From positions 18,836-82,835 of the IMG/VR virus record IMGVR_UViG_3300033067_002106: a DNA stretch of 64,000 bases; one strand, 5' to 3'. The notes below the pieces were generated by a model, which searched no databases, was not told the DNA's origin, and saw only the letters and a list, made by a program, of their open reading frames with translations. Below, piece after piece: positions 1 to 9,494 of this stretch; the first letter of the stretch is position 1, and every line of letters starts with the position of its first letter. Origin of the DNA: a virus. Taxonomy: Duplodnaviria; Caudoviricetes. The position numbers and the translations under genes were made by a program.

Positions 1-687
1 ACCGTTGAAATTCAAAAGTTAAATACCGAAATCGACAATTTAAACATAAAGAACTCAACATTACTTGATTCCTCAAATGTATACGCAAATAAAGCGATTG
101 AAGCCAAGGCCGGAAACGGAGCTTCAGCCGAATTAGGTCCATTAAAGTATTTATCTCAACTTACAGGACAACCGATGGATAAGGTTGTTAACTGGTTTAT
201 ATTGTTACTTATTTTTGTGTTTGACCCTCTTGCCGTTGCATTGGTAATAGCAACAAATAGGGTTCTAGAATTAGAGAGTAAACATGGTGATGAACCAGTT
301 AAAAAGAACCCAATATTAAAAACACTTGAAAGTCTAAGAAAAAAACGAGAAGAAATAACACAAGACCCGATTGAAGATTTCGAACCCGAACCTGACCCTG
401 AACCAGAACCCGAACCTGAGCCAGAACCTGAGCCAGAACCTGAGCCAGAACCAGAACCTGAACCAGAACCTGAACCTGAGCCAGCGCCACAAATACACAA
501 AAAAGAACCTGTCATACCAACTGGTAGTGTAAAGCTTGAAGATATAAAAGAAATAAAAGAAAACTCAAATAGGGGTTTCTCAATGCCCATACCAAAACCG
601 TCTAATAACACAATTGAAAGAATTGGAACCAATAAGTTTTTAAGGAAAGATGACCGTGAAAGTCTTATTTTTAAAAGAAAACAATAA
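1..687 (+). CDS. Membrane/coiled-coil protein with Glu-Pro repeat (5' partial)
   Basis: Frame 1 is open from base 1; hydrophobic segment [20 protein letters not shown]; (EP)n tract. Confidence 0.75.
   Translation, partial: TVEIQKLNTEIDNLNIKNSTLLDSSNVYANKAIEAKAGNGASAELGPLKYLSQLTGQPMDKVVNWFILLLIFVFDPLAVALVIATNRVLELESKHGDEPVKKNPILKTLESLRKKREEITQDPIEDFEPEPDPEPEPEPEPEPEPEPEPEPEPEPEPEPEPAPQIHKKEPVIPTGSVKLEDIKEIKENSNRGFSMPIPKPSNNTIERIGTNKFLRKDDRESLIFKRKQ
382..483 (+). repeat. 17 x hexamer GARCCN-like microsatellite encoding (EP)n
   Basis: Read directly; one unit is GAC CCT. Confidence 0.95.
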
Positions 688-1298
688 TGTTAATAGATGA
701 GACAACATATATTTTACCAGATGCAAATTATGTAAAGGCAGAAACAATTAAAAAACAAATAGTTATCGCCCATACTGGTAGTATAGATATGAGACATATA
801 CCCAAGTGGAAACACAGATTAAATGGTAGATATAATAAAACAGCCGCATTTTCAATTGATGTGGCTGGTAATGTTTATAGACATTTCGACCCAATTTATT
901 TTTCAAAATTTATAGGTGACCTTGAACTTGATAAAAAAAGTATTATAATTTTACTTGAAAACGAGGGTTGGTTATCTAAAAATACCGAAAATGGTGAATT
1001 TATTAACTGGATTGGCCATATTTATAGTAAACCAGAAAGTGTGTATGAGAAACGTTGGAGGGGTCATGAACATTGGGCACCTTACGGAGTGGAACAATTT
1101 GAATCTACATTGGAATTGGTTAAAAAACTATGTGATGAGTTTTTCATCCCAAAGACATCAGTTCCACATAACACTAAGTTGGATAATATTAACAACCTAG
1201 AAGGTGTTTTATATAGAAGCAATCTAGAAAAATATTACACAGATTTAAGCCCAGCTTGGAACTGTGAGAAATTCAAATATAAACTTGAAAACGAATGA
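687..1298 (+). CDS. N-acetylmuramoyl-L-alanine amidase-like (Amidase_2-like) protein
   Basis: IVIAHTGS...AAFSIDVAGNVY...SIIILLENEGW pattern of phage amidases. Confidence 0.6.
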   Translation: MLIDETTYILPDANYVKAETIKKQIVIAHTGSIDMRHIPKWKHRLNGRYNKTAAFSIDVAGNVYRHFDPIYFSKFIGDLELDKKSIIILLENEGWLSKNTENGEFINWIGHIYSKPESVYEKRWRGHEHWAPYGVEQFESTLELVKKLCDEFFIPKTSVPHNTKLDNINNLEGVLYRSNLEKYYTDLSPAWNCEKFKYKLENE

Positions 1299-1726
1299 AA
1301 AATAGAGAAATGATAAACGAACATGACCTAACTAAAAAAATGATTGAAACCTTGAGAGGTGGAATGCTATTAGAAGGTGATGAAAATTCGGACGTAATAT
1401 CACCTACATCAACTGATGCGGTATATAGTGAAGAAGTTAAAAAAATTAGTGATACTGTTGACCCTAGGGTTCAAATTACAAAGTTCAAAATTTATCCTAG
1501 AGACAGGAATGTTGAATTCGAGGGTAGATTGGATTCCGGTATCAACTTCTTTATGTCAACCAAAGCGATGAAATTGAGTATTTCGATTACCGACGACCAA
1601 GGTCAGGCTACTAGGATTTATATGGATAAAGAATTGCTAGCAACAATTCAAAAACTAAACGGTTTTTATGAAAACTGGACCAGAGAATGGGCACAGAAAT
1701 TAAACACCGAATATAGAGCAAAATAA
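1295..1726 (+). CDS. Hypothetical protein
   Basis: 143-aa ORF, ATGA-coupled to amidase. Confidence 0.75.
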   Translation: MKNREMINEHDLTKKMIETLRGGMLLEGDENSDVISPTSTDAVYSEEVKKISDTVDPRVQITKFKIYPRDRNVEFEGRLDSGINFFMSTKAMKLSISITDDQGQATRIYMDKELLATIQKLNGFYENWTREWAQKLNTEYRAK

Positions 1727-1731
1727 TTTTT

Positions 1732-2181
1732 ATGAATAATAATGAACAAACCCCATCTACCAGTATTAAAGATTCTGGAATTTTGTGTTGGATTAAAAAA
1801 CAAATATCAAAAATAAAGGGTAGAACACTTATTGATATCATCATCATTGCGATTCCGGTGTTATTGATATATGTTTATTTCAATCTAGACCCAACAGAAA
1901 TCAAACAAACGCTTAAAGATAACAAAAAAATTGAGAGCAAGATTGATAGCCTAAAAACGGATAACCAATTTATTGTTGAACGAATGTATGAACTAGAAAA
2001 AAAACAAACGATGTTTTTTGAGCTTATCAATCAAAACAATGATTTGATTAAGGAAAATAATAAAGAATTGCAGAAATTAAAAAGAATATACAATGAAAAA
2101 ATTAATTCTATTAATGGGTATAATGTTAGTCAGCTTGATAGCTTCTTCGCAAACAGGTACAAAGAATACTACAACAAATAA
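1732..2181 (+). CDS. Single-TM coiled-coil protein, possible spanin component
   Basis: One TM helix then coiled coil; overlaps next gene; near amidase. Confidence 0.45.
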   Translation: MNNNEQTPSTSIKDSGILCWIKKQISKIKGRTLIDIIIIAIPVLLIYVYFNLDPTEIKQTLKDNKKIESKIDSLKTDNQFIVERMYELEKKQTMFFELINQNNDLIKENNKELQKLKRIYNEKINSINGYNVSQLDSFFANRYKEYYNK

Positions 2182-2542
2182 TATTGATAGTATTGTTCCG
2201 TTACCAAAAAATGTTGCAAAAGCCGTTGCTAAAGATTTGATTAAAGGTGATTCACTCTTGGCAGAGGTTAACGTATTAAAGAAAAATGAAAAATTATTGC
2301 AAGATAATTTAAAATTAAAGGATAATGTTATTGAAAATAAAGACAATATCATTACACTTTATAAGACTAAAGAGGATAACTACAATACAATGTTAACCCT
2401 TAAGGATATTGAGAAAAAGAATCTAGAGACCCTAGCCAATACACTTAAGAAAGACCTTAAAAAAACAAAACGAGAGTTAAAACTAACAAAAATCGGAGGC
2501 ACCGCTATTATTGGTGTGCTAGCATATTTAATTTTAAAATAA
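2093..2542 (+). CDS. Signal-peptide coiled-coil protein with C-terminal TM, possible spanin component
   Basis: MKKLILLMGIMLVSLIASSQ signal; C-terminal hydrophobic anchor. Confidence 0.45.
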   Translation: MKKLILLMGIMLVSLIASSQTGTKNTTTNNIDSIVPLPKNVAKAVAKDLIKGDSLLAEVNVLKKNEKLLQDNLKLKDNVIENKDNIITLYKTKEDNYNTMLTLKDIEKKNLETLANTLKKDLKKTKRELKLTKIGGTAIIGVLAYLILK

Positions 2543-3024
2543 TGATAGACTTAAATAATTTACAACCACCATATGAACCAAAGGTTAAAAACCGTTTTGT
2601 TGTTACGCTACCCGAAGAACTCGGATTACCAAGTTGGTTGATTCATTCGACAGAACGACCAAGATTCGGAACAAACGGATATCACCTCATACCAGAACCA
2701 TTGAAGTTTGTTTTACGTGACCCAATTACTCCATCTACAACGCAAGCTGTTTGGGAATTGTTATCAGGACTTACAGATATTGAAGCCGGAACAGAAATCA
2801 ACCCAGAATTAAAGATTGAACTTCAGAAGAAATATCAGAAATTCCAACAAGGATTTGATTATACATTGGAATTATTGGACCCACTAGGTGTTGTTGTTGA
2901 AAAATGGACAATAACAGGGTGTAAATTGATACGAATCGATTTTGGTAACCTTGATTATTCAAATTCGGAGATGGTTGACATTACGCTAATATTCCGGCCA
3001 GTGAGAGCTTATCTTGAATTTTAA
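2542..3024 (+). CDS. Tail tube-like protein (T4 gp19-like paralog)
   Basis: YEPKVKNRF...LDPLGVVVEKW...DFGNLDYS motifs. Confidence 0.7.
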   Translation: MIDLNNLQPPYEPKVKNRFVVTLPEELGLPSWLIHSTERPRFGTNGYHLIPEPLKFVLRDPITPSTTQAVWELLSGLTDIEAGTEINPELKIELQKKYQKFQQGFDYTLELLDPLGVVVEKWTITGCKLIRIDFGNLDYSNSEMVDITLIFRPVRAYLEF

Positions 3025-3026
3025 TA

Positions 3027-3058
3027 GAAGAGACTGAAAAGTCTCTTTTTTTGTTTGT
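3027..3058 (+). terminator. Intrinsic terminator
   Basis: agagact-gaaa-agtctct plus T run. Confidence 0.75.
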
Positions 3059-3098
3059 TTTTGTATATTTATATTATATTAAAAGACCCTTAATTCAT

Positions 3099-3335
3099 AT
3101 GAAAATCAATGAAGAATTGACAAAAGCCGATGTTAACAAAGGTGTAGAAACCTATATGGGAACAGCCGAATTTAAGGCAAAGATTGAAAAAATTGTCAAA
3201 GATAGGATAAAGAACGACAAAGAACTTGAAGACAAAGTGGTTGAAATAACCAAAAACGTCTTAACTCAGCTTTATAAAACGCTTTGGGTTAAGAGAAGCT
3301 TTTGGAAGAGTAGTTTATCAAATAGCGGTAACTAA
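3099..3335 (+). CDS. Hypothetical protein
   Basis: ATG at 3099 after ATATTTAT motif. Confidence 0.7.
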   Translation: MKINEELTKADVNKGVETYMGTAEFKAKIEKIVKDRIKNDKELEDKVVEITKNVLTQLYKTLWVKRSFWKSSLSNSGN

Positions 3336-3336
3336 C

Positions 3337-4863
3337 ATGAAAAAAATTAAACTTACCAAGGAACAATATGACAGGCTAGTCACCAAAAATATATTTGAAT
3401 CATCAGATGTTAAAGGTGGGGTTAATAGGGTTAATACTACATTTAAGAAAGCATTTAACAAAGCTGACGTTCAAAATCTTGGTGAAGATGAATTTAATAT
3501 TACCAGACCAATTGCTGGGCTTCCAAATACAAAAATGAACAAGACAAAGGAAATCCCAACACCTGAAGCGATTACTGAAGATATTTTTAGTCCCGATGTT
3601 CATAAAGCGGTACATGATGTTATTCAAAACATCTGGCTTAATCCATCACAACAGGGGTTGGATAAATTTTTTGTTGAAAACGGAATTACATGGGGTGATA
3701 TAATTAGTTATCTTACTAGTGTAGGAGTTGTTGCGGCTGTTGGAAACGGAATATATAAAGTAACAAATTACTTTAAAAGAAAATTTAGTGGTAATAAGCA
3801 AAAAGATATGCAGATGAAGATGGCCGATATTGAAAAGATGGCCAAGATGGTTGAAAAAGACCCAGAATCTCCATGGCAAAAAAAGGTTAGATTACAAAGC
3901 AAACCAGAAACAGGGTTTGAACCCAAGCCAAAATCATTTAATCCAAATGGTCGTAAGCCTATATCTAGTTATCCTAATCCAGCTTTACAAAACAAAGAAA
4001 TGGAAGAAGCTAGTAATTATCCACCCGGAACTGAAGATGACCAATCAGCACCTTGGAATCAGGATAGTTCAAACGTTGAGATTTCAAGTGCCAAAAGGAT
4101 TTACAAACCTATTGTCATGAATTATGATATAGCGGTTCTAAATGGGCCAGATGGTGTGTATATTTTTTACTATGATGATATCGATAGAAGTGAAATACCA
4201 AACGCTGATTATGAGTTAACGATTGACGATTTGGTTGATTACGTAAATGAACATTCTGAAACAATTAAAAAAGGTATAGGAATGGAGGGGTGGAATTCAG
4301 GTGCCGAACTAATTAAACTGGATGAACCACTCAGGGAAGAGCTTATTAAGCTTTATTCTAAGGATAAAGAGTTAATGAAGGCCTTACAAAGACTTGAAGA
4401 GATGACCAGCGCAGCAAGCTCTGGTTCGTTTACAGGGCCATTCGGCGGAACACCAGACAAAAACCGTACAATGGGGTATAGTCCAGCTGAACAAATAGAT
4501 GAAATGACAGCCGCAGGTGGTGGCGGAGCACCAGAAGTCGGTTCAAGTTCAACAGGCCAATATGTTCAACCAGCTATTTGGGCCAATGGTAAAAAAAATT
4601 GGAAAGCGGCTAAGAAAACACAATATCCGGGTGGAGAAATGGTAGATTTAGATTCTTGTACCAAATTAAACAATAATAAATCCGCCCAAAATGGTAAATG
4701 TAGTACTGGAGCCGCTGATGGTGTTGTAAAAACACATAAAACCAATCAATCTGTTATTTCTAAGTCTGTTTATGAAGAAGTGGCTAAAAGAACGGGAAAA
4801 ACAATAGAAGAAGTAGAGAAAATTATTAAAACAAAACAGGTTAAGGATAAATCTTTAAGATAA
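3337..4863 (+). CDS. Hypothetical, probable virion/head-associated protein
   Basis: 508-aa ORF with low-complexity EEMT..A segments. Confidence 0.6.
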   Translation: MKKIKLTKEQYDRLVTKNIFESSDVKGGVNRVNTTFKKAFNKADVQNLGEDEFNITRPIAGLPNTKMNKTKEIPTPEAITEDIFSPDVHKAVHDVIQNIWLNPSQQGLDKFFVENGITWGDIISYLTSVGVVAAVGNGIYKVTNYFKRKFSGNKQKDMQMKMADIEKMAKMVEKDPESPWQKKVRLQSKPETGFEPKPKSFNPNGRKPISSYPNPALQNKEMEEASNYPPGTEDDQSAPWNQDSSNVEISSAKRIYKPIVMNYDIAVLNGPDGVYIFYYDDIDRSEIPNADYELTIDDLVDYVNEHSETIKKGIGMEGWNSGAELIKLDEPLREELIKLYSKDKELMKALQRLEEMTSAASSGSFTGPFGGTPDKNRTMGYSPAEQIDEMTAAGGGGAPEVGSSSTGQYVQPAIWANGKKNWKAAKKTQYPGGEMVDLDSCTKLNNNKSAQNGKCSTGAADGVVKTHKTNQSVISKSVYEEVAKRTGKTIEEVEKIIKTKQVKDKSLR

Positions 4864-4893
4864 ACTGGGATATTTATATTAAAATACGACGAC

Positions 4894-6597
4894 ATGGATA
4901 AGAACATAATTAAAAAATACTTAAACGAGACCTTTGTATCTGAAGCATCAAAGTCAGAGGCCAACGGGACACCTGCTATTAAGCTTGCTGGGAAACTAGC
5001 CAAGGATAATAAGAAGGTAAACAAGGATGGTGTTGAAGAAATTGGAAAGGATATGACAAAATATGAAAAATCCTTAACAAAATCTGATGCTAACGCTAAA
5101 ACAATGGGTCAGAATAAATTTAATTATGCGGATGATGAGGAAAAGAAGTATCATGATGAAATGGAAATCATGAATGGGCAGGAGATGATTCAATACGACA
5201 GAACAGATGAAAAATTTAGAGAAAGAGCATTAGAAGCAATTGAAGGAAGCTCAAACATGGGAAACAATTCAGAGTGGGCGAATGTTGTTGCTAAAGGCCA
5301 AGGTGGAGACCCAAAGTTTGGTAAAAACCTAGCAAAAAAGATAAAATCTTCAATTAAGAAAAGAGCAGAACAAACACCAACAACAAAAATGTTTGGTGAT
5401 GACTGGGAAGTTACAAAAGGCGAGGGGCATAAAAAATATGCGCTTGAAAATGAAAATAAAAACAAACCGAAAATAAAAGAATCTATGAAAAGACTCAAAT
5501 TTAAAAAAGAATTTAAAGGTGTTGGAAACGCCCTTAAAATGATACCTGAATCATACAAGGTAGACAACAAGGTATTTGAAATGACTGACGGAAACGAATC
5601 ATACAAAGTACGTTGGGAAGGCAATCTTACCGAAGGTAAAGCAGTTATATTAATGGCAGCTGATAAAACAATGGTAAACGAAGACATTAAAAAAATGAAA
5701 CACCTTATGGGTTACAAGTCTGAAGATACTCTTGGAACCGTCAAAGGTAAATCAAGAATTGATGAAGACAAAGCATTTGCTGATGTTTGGGCTAAGACCA
5801 AAAAAATCATGGAAAGCGAAGATATCGAAGACCAAGATGCCGAAAAGGAAGCACCATTCGATGAAGCAGACATCAAACAAGCACCAGAAGCTAAGAAGCA
5901 CGTTCAAGGTTCTGTTTCAACAGAAAAAGGAACCAAAGCCCCTAAGCCAAAAGAAGGAGCATGGGAAGAAGCTGATGTAACTCAAGCACCAGAAGCTAAG
6001 AAGCACGTTCAAGGTTCTGTTTCAACAGAAAAAGGAACCAAAGCCCCTGCACCAAAAAATGGTGAATGGGAAAAAGCAAAGAAAGGTGCCGCACCTGAAG
6101 CTACAAAAGATGTTAAAAAAAAAAGTCTAAGTGAGTCTGAATTAGACGATGATGACATAGATTCTGATGTTCCGGTTAAAAAAAGAGCTGATGCGTATGA
6201 TGCAAGCCTAGATGTGGCAGACCCAGAAGACATGGCGCAATCAGTATCACCATCAGATATAGCTAAATCCACCAACGCACCAAAATTCGTAAATAAAGAT
6301 GTTGATGGTGATGACGATATAGATATTGTTGATGTTGATGAACCAGCACAGCCCAACACTGAAACAAAATTAGTTTCAAGTAAGACTAGACCGGGAGTGT
6401 TTGGTATCATGACAAAGGTCGGTGGTAAGGTTGTGGGTGTTGAAGATGTTCCCCCACAATATCTTGAATTAGCTAAAACATCACCAAACGCTGCCTTGGC
6501 TAAGATTAAGGCTGAAAAAAGAATGGCTAGTGTTACTGATGATGAAAGTTTAATGGAGGAAATTGATAAACATTTTGGAATAACAAGAAAAAAATAA
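4894..6597 (+). CDS. Hypothetical acidic, probable head/scaffold-type protein with internal repeat
   Basis: 567-aa ORF after ATATTTAT motif. Confidence 0.65.
   Translation: MDKNIIKKYLNETFVSEASKSEANGTPAIKLAGKLAKDNKKVNKDGVEEIGKDMTKYEKSLTKSDANAKTMGQNKFNYADDEEKKYHDEMEIMNGQEMIQYDRTDEKFRERALEAIEGSSNMGNNSEWANVVAKGQGGDPKFGKNLAKKIKSSIKKRAEQTPTTKMFGDDWEVTKGEGHKKYALENENKNKPKIKESMKRLKFKKEFKGVGNALKMIPESYKVDNKVFEMTDGNESYKVRWEGNLTEGKAVILMAADKTMVNEDIKKMKHLMGYKSEDTLGTVKGKSRIDEDKAFADVWAKTKKIMESEDIEDQDAEKEAPFDEADIKQAPEAKKHVQGSVSTEKGTKAPKPKEGAWEEADVTQAPEAKKHVQGSVSTEKGTKAPAPKNGEWEKAKKGAAPEATKDVKKKSLSESELDDDDIDSDVPVKKRADAYDASLDVADPEDMAQSVSPSDIAKSTNAPKFVNKDVDGDDDIDIVDVDEPAQPNTETKLVSSKTRPGVFGIMTKVGGKVVGVEDVPPQYLELAKTSPNAALAKIKAEKRMASVTDDESLMEEIDKHFGITRKK
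5878..6048 (+). repeat. 66-nt identical direct repeat (5878-5943, 5983-6048)
   Basis: QAPEAKKHVQGSVSTEKGTKAP encoded twice, 105 nt apart. Confidence 0.95.
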
Positions 6598-6604
6598 CAT
6601 TAAG

Positions 6605-6630
6605 AAAGCCCCACTTTGTGGGGTTTTTCA
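6605..6630 (+). terminator. Intrinsic terminator
   Basis: aaagccccac-ttt-gtggggtttt. Confidence 0.8.
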
Positions 6631-6676
6631 TTTATTAAAATATTTATTTTTAATGGATTAGCCTTATAATAATTGA

Positions 6677-7150
6677 ATGCTACAAAATAAAAAACATTTA
6701 GAGTTGTTAAGCTATATTAATACACCGATGAGTAGAGAAAGCATTCTATTACTGTTCACAAGTCATAATATCAAATATGAAAAATGTGAACTTTACAATG
6801 ATTTTATCCAATCACTTATTGTACTTATTTTCGATACATATATGGGTGATGATATAACCAATTCAGTGGAACAAAAAAATCACTTTAAATGGTGCTGGGA
6901 GAAGAATGTTAGCAATTTTAAAACAGAAGGTATCTATATTGATGGACAAAAGTTATACAAACATTTTCTAAGTTTTATGGTTGAACTCTATTACTCAGCC
7001 AGTAATAAGGTGGAAAATAGAATTATTCATGACAATATGTTTAGATATTGGGATTACATTTTTGATTACAACAATACCAAAAGTAAGTCAGATATGGATA
7101 AACTTATTGAAATCTACAAACTCTTCGAAGCCTCAAATATGTCAAAATAA
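6677..7150 (+). CDS. Hypothetical protein
   Basis: 157-aa ORF. Confidence 0.75.
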   Translation: MLQNKKHLELLSYINTPMSRESILLLFTSHNIKYEKCELYNDFIQSLIVLIFDTYMGDDITNSVEQKNHFKWCWEKNVSNFKTEGIYIDGQKLYKHFLSFMVELYYSASNKVENRIIHDNMFRYWDYIFDYNNTKSKSDMDKLIEIYKLFEASNMSK

Positions 7151-7205
7151 TGCCTTTTAGGCTTGATTTTTTCATTTCATTTATTATCTTACTGAAAATT
7201 CACTT

Positions 7206-7448
7206 ATGGATATTAACAGATTTATCAATGTGGTTATGTCAGACCTCTCACTTGAAAACCTAAAGCTTCAGGATAATCTTGAGGTTCAGATTAATAGTCA
7301 AGAACAGATTGAAACCAAAGTACTTAGGATTAAAACCCTACTAGAAAAAATAGTTATAAACGACCTTATGATATCAAAATTTAAATCATTGGTTGCGCCT
7401 ATTATAGATAACAAAAACGAAAATACAGAAGACAATGGAAAAATTTAA
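7206..7448 (+). CDS. Hypothetical protein
   Basis: 80-aa ORF in operon. Confidence 0.7.
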   Translation: MDINRFINVVMSDLSLENLKLQDNLEVQINSQEQIETKVLRIKTLLEKIVINDLMISKFKSLVAPIIDNKNENTEDNGKI

Positions 7449-7626
7449 TCAATTAAAAACCATCCTAACAGATATGACTGAGGACATGGAAAAATTCTAC
7501 TCAAAGGGAAACAAATCAGCTGGTGTTAGAATCAGACAACAACTGCAAGACGTTAAAGCACTCGCACAGGAAATCAGAAAGGAAATTTCTGAAAAGAAGA
7601 AAGAGAAAAAAGATAAAAACGACTAA
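7435..7626 (+). CDS. Histone H1-like (Hc1-family) DNA-binding protein
   Basis: KFYSKGNKSAGVRIRQQLQDVKALAQEIRKE resembles Bacteroidota Hc1. Confidence 0.75.
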   Translation: MEKFNQLKTILTDMTEDMEKFYSKGNKSAGVRIRQQLQDVKALAQEIRKEISEKKKEKKDKND

Positions 7627-7627
7627 T

Positions 7628-7840
7628 ATGTTAATTGACATACTTAATAAGTTTCTCATGGTTTTGTTTTTTGTATCATGTTTAAATACAATAAGACATA
7701 CCTATTACTTCATTCAAGCATGGTTTACATCAACAGATGATGAACCAGTTAAATATACCATTTCAAATAAATCATTATTTTTATTAGGAGTATCAATAGC
7801 GTATATTATAACCTCTATATTTACAGGAATAAAAATATAA
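7628..7840 (+). CDS. Small membrane protein
   Basis: Two hydrophobic segments. Confidence 0.65.
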   Translation: MLIDILNKFLMVLFFVSCLNTIRHTYYFIQAWFTSTDDEPVKYTISNKSLFLLGVSIAYIITSIFTGIKI

Positions 7841-7848
7841 ATTCAAAT

Positions 7849-8547
7849 ATGGCCAATTTACAACAAACACTAGATGCGTTACAACCTTATGTTGTTGGTA
7901 TAAGATATTTAGAAAAACGACCAATCATCGACGTTGTGTTTAAGGACGGTTGGACAGTACTTGAGTCAGACTTAATTACAAAAGAAAAGGGTAGCCAAGA
8001 ACTTAATTACTATATGGTATACAGTAACAAAGAAGGTATTGGACTCGATGAACTCTTATTATATATTGAGGCGACAATCAAATTAAATATTGAACGAGAA
8101 AAGAAGCACGAACTACTTAAAGATAAGGTAAATGAATTAAAAATTCTTTTTAAAAAGACACCATTGGCAACATTGAAAAGATTAAAGTTCACATTCAATG
8201 AAGAAGAGCTGTTACCAGAAATAAATGAGTTTGATTTGGAAGAAAACAAAGACGAACCCGTTGCTGAAACTCAAACACAGGTAATTGAAGAAGACCAACC
8301 AGTCAACGAACCAGTAATTGTGCAAGAATTGGATGCGGAAGAACGTGAACTATTAGAAGAAGAACAAAGGGCAGAAAACTTTAGATTATTGCAACAAAAA
8401 ACTAAAAGTAACGGACAAATCAAGAAAATAAGCTCAACAGTCGAACTTCCCCCAAAAAGAACGATAGAAGAAGTTGTATCACAACCAGATTGTGATTGTG
8501 CGCCAGATGAATTTTGTGATAAATGTATGGGGTATAAAGGCCTGTAA
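7849..8547 (+). CDS. Hypothetical protein with C-terminal Cys cluster
   Basis: 232 aa; CDC...CDKC tail. Confidence 0.75.
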   Translation: MANLQQTLDALQPYVVGIRYLEKRPIIDVVFKDGWTVLESDLITKEKGSQELNYYMVYSNKEGIGLDELLLYIEATIKLNIEREKKHELLKDKVNELKILFKKTPLATLKRLKFTFNEEELLPEINEFDLEENKDEPVAETQTQVIEEDQPVNEPVIVQELDAEERELLEEEQRAENFRLLQQKTKSNGQIKKISSTVELPPKRTIEEVVSQPDCDCAPDEFCDKCMGYKGL

Positions 8548-8871
8548 TTATTTATCAAATGCTCGTTCAAATGCTTCCTGAATAGTATGTGTTAACCAAA
8601 CACCACCACTAGCAAATAATCCATGTAAGAATACTGATAATACCTTATTATCAACAGTAAGTGGTGTTGGAACATTTGATAAAATAAGAATGGTTGTTAT
8701 GGCGAAGCCCATCCATGTACCAAGACACATGAAGCAAGTAAATAGTTTATGAAGGCTATACCCTCCCGTACCAAATTTAGCTAAATAATTTCTAAATCCC
8801 TCAAAGATTGACCCGAAAATAATGTTGTTACATGCTCCATAGCAAATCAGAATAAAAATAACTGGATTCAT
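8548..8871 (-). CDS. Membrane protein with CxxC (DUF1360-like)
   Basis: LFTCFMCLGTWMG within hydrophobic helices. Confidence 0.6.
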   Translation of the reverse strand: MNPVIFILICYGACNNIIFGSIFEGFRNYLAKFGTGGYSLHKLFTCFMCLGTWMGFAITTILILSNVPTPLTVDNKVLSVFLHGLFASGGVWLTHTIQEAFERAFDK

Positions 8872-8938
8872 ATGTTTTATTGTAATGATATTGATTTTTT
8901 TTAAAAAATCAATATCTTTAAACATATTTATTAATATT

Positions 8939-9166
8939 ATGGAAACACCAATACAAACCAATATTGAAAAAGAGCTGGAAAAAAATAAGCAATTGGAACA
9001 TATTGAGAAATATAAAACGGCACTTAAAAAGGCTCAGTTTATAAATGAAATCAAGAATGGGTTGGGTAATGAAATCAAGGTAAATCCAAGTAAAATAAGA
9101 TTTATAAAAAAACCTTGGCATAAAAGGCTTGGTCTGTTTCTTAAAAAAATATTTACAAAGTTTTAG
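8939..9166 (+). CDS. Hypothetical protein
   Basis: ATG after ATATTTAT motif. Confidence 0.65.
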   Translation: METPIQTNIEKELEKNKQLEHIEKYKTALKKAQFINEIKNGLGNEIKVNPSKIRFIKKPWHKRLGLFLKKIFTKF

Positions 9167-9167
9167 T

Positions 9168-9419
9168 ATGAGTTACGATGATTTAATAACAACAATTACA
9201 GAAATTGTTAATAACGATTTGATTAAAAAAGAGGGTCTAACGCTTCAATATGAAGTAGGTGAAAAGACATTCAAACGGTTGAATGAATACTTTTTTTATA
9301 AATCAAATCCTCCTGATGCTGAACCAATTAGCGGCGAAATCTTTGAAATAGAAATCGATGGTTTGATTGTCAGATTTGTCAAAAAATCGACTATTTTTAA
9401 AAAAATAGAAAAAAGTTAA
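9168..9419 (+). CDS. Hypothetical protein
   Basis: ATG directly after previous stop. Confidence 0.65.
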   Translation: MSYDDLITTITEIVNNDLIKKEGLTLQYEVGEKTFKRLNEYFFYKSNPPDAEPISGEIFEIEIDGLIVRFVKKSTIFKKIEKS

Positions 9420-9494
9420 GAAAAAATTTGCAAAATATCGTTTGGTGTCGTATATTTGTGGTCTCTATTCGTTTTTTCAACTAAAACATTTTCT

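Noticed and set aside
156-632. Minus-strand (GS)n ORF and 299-490 ORF
   Set aside because: Antisense shadows of the EP microsatellite.
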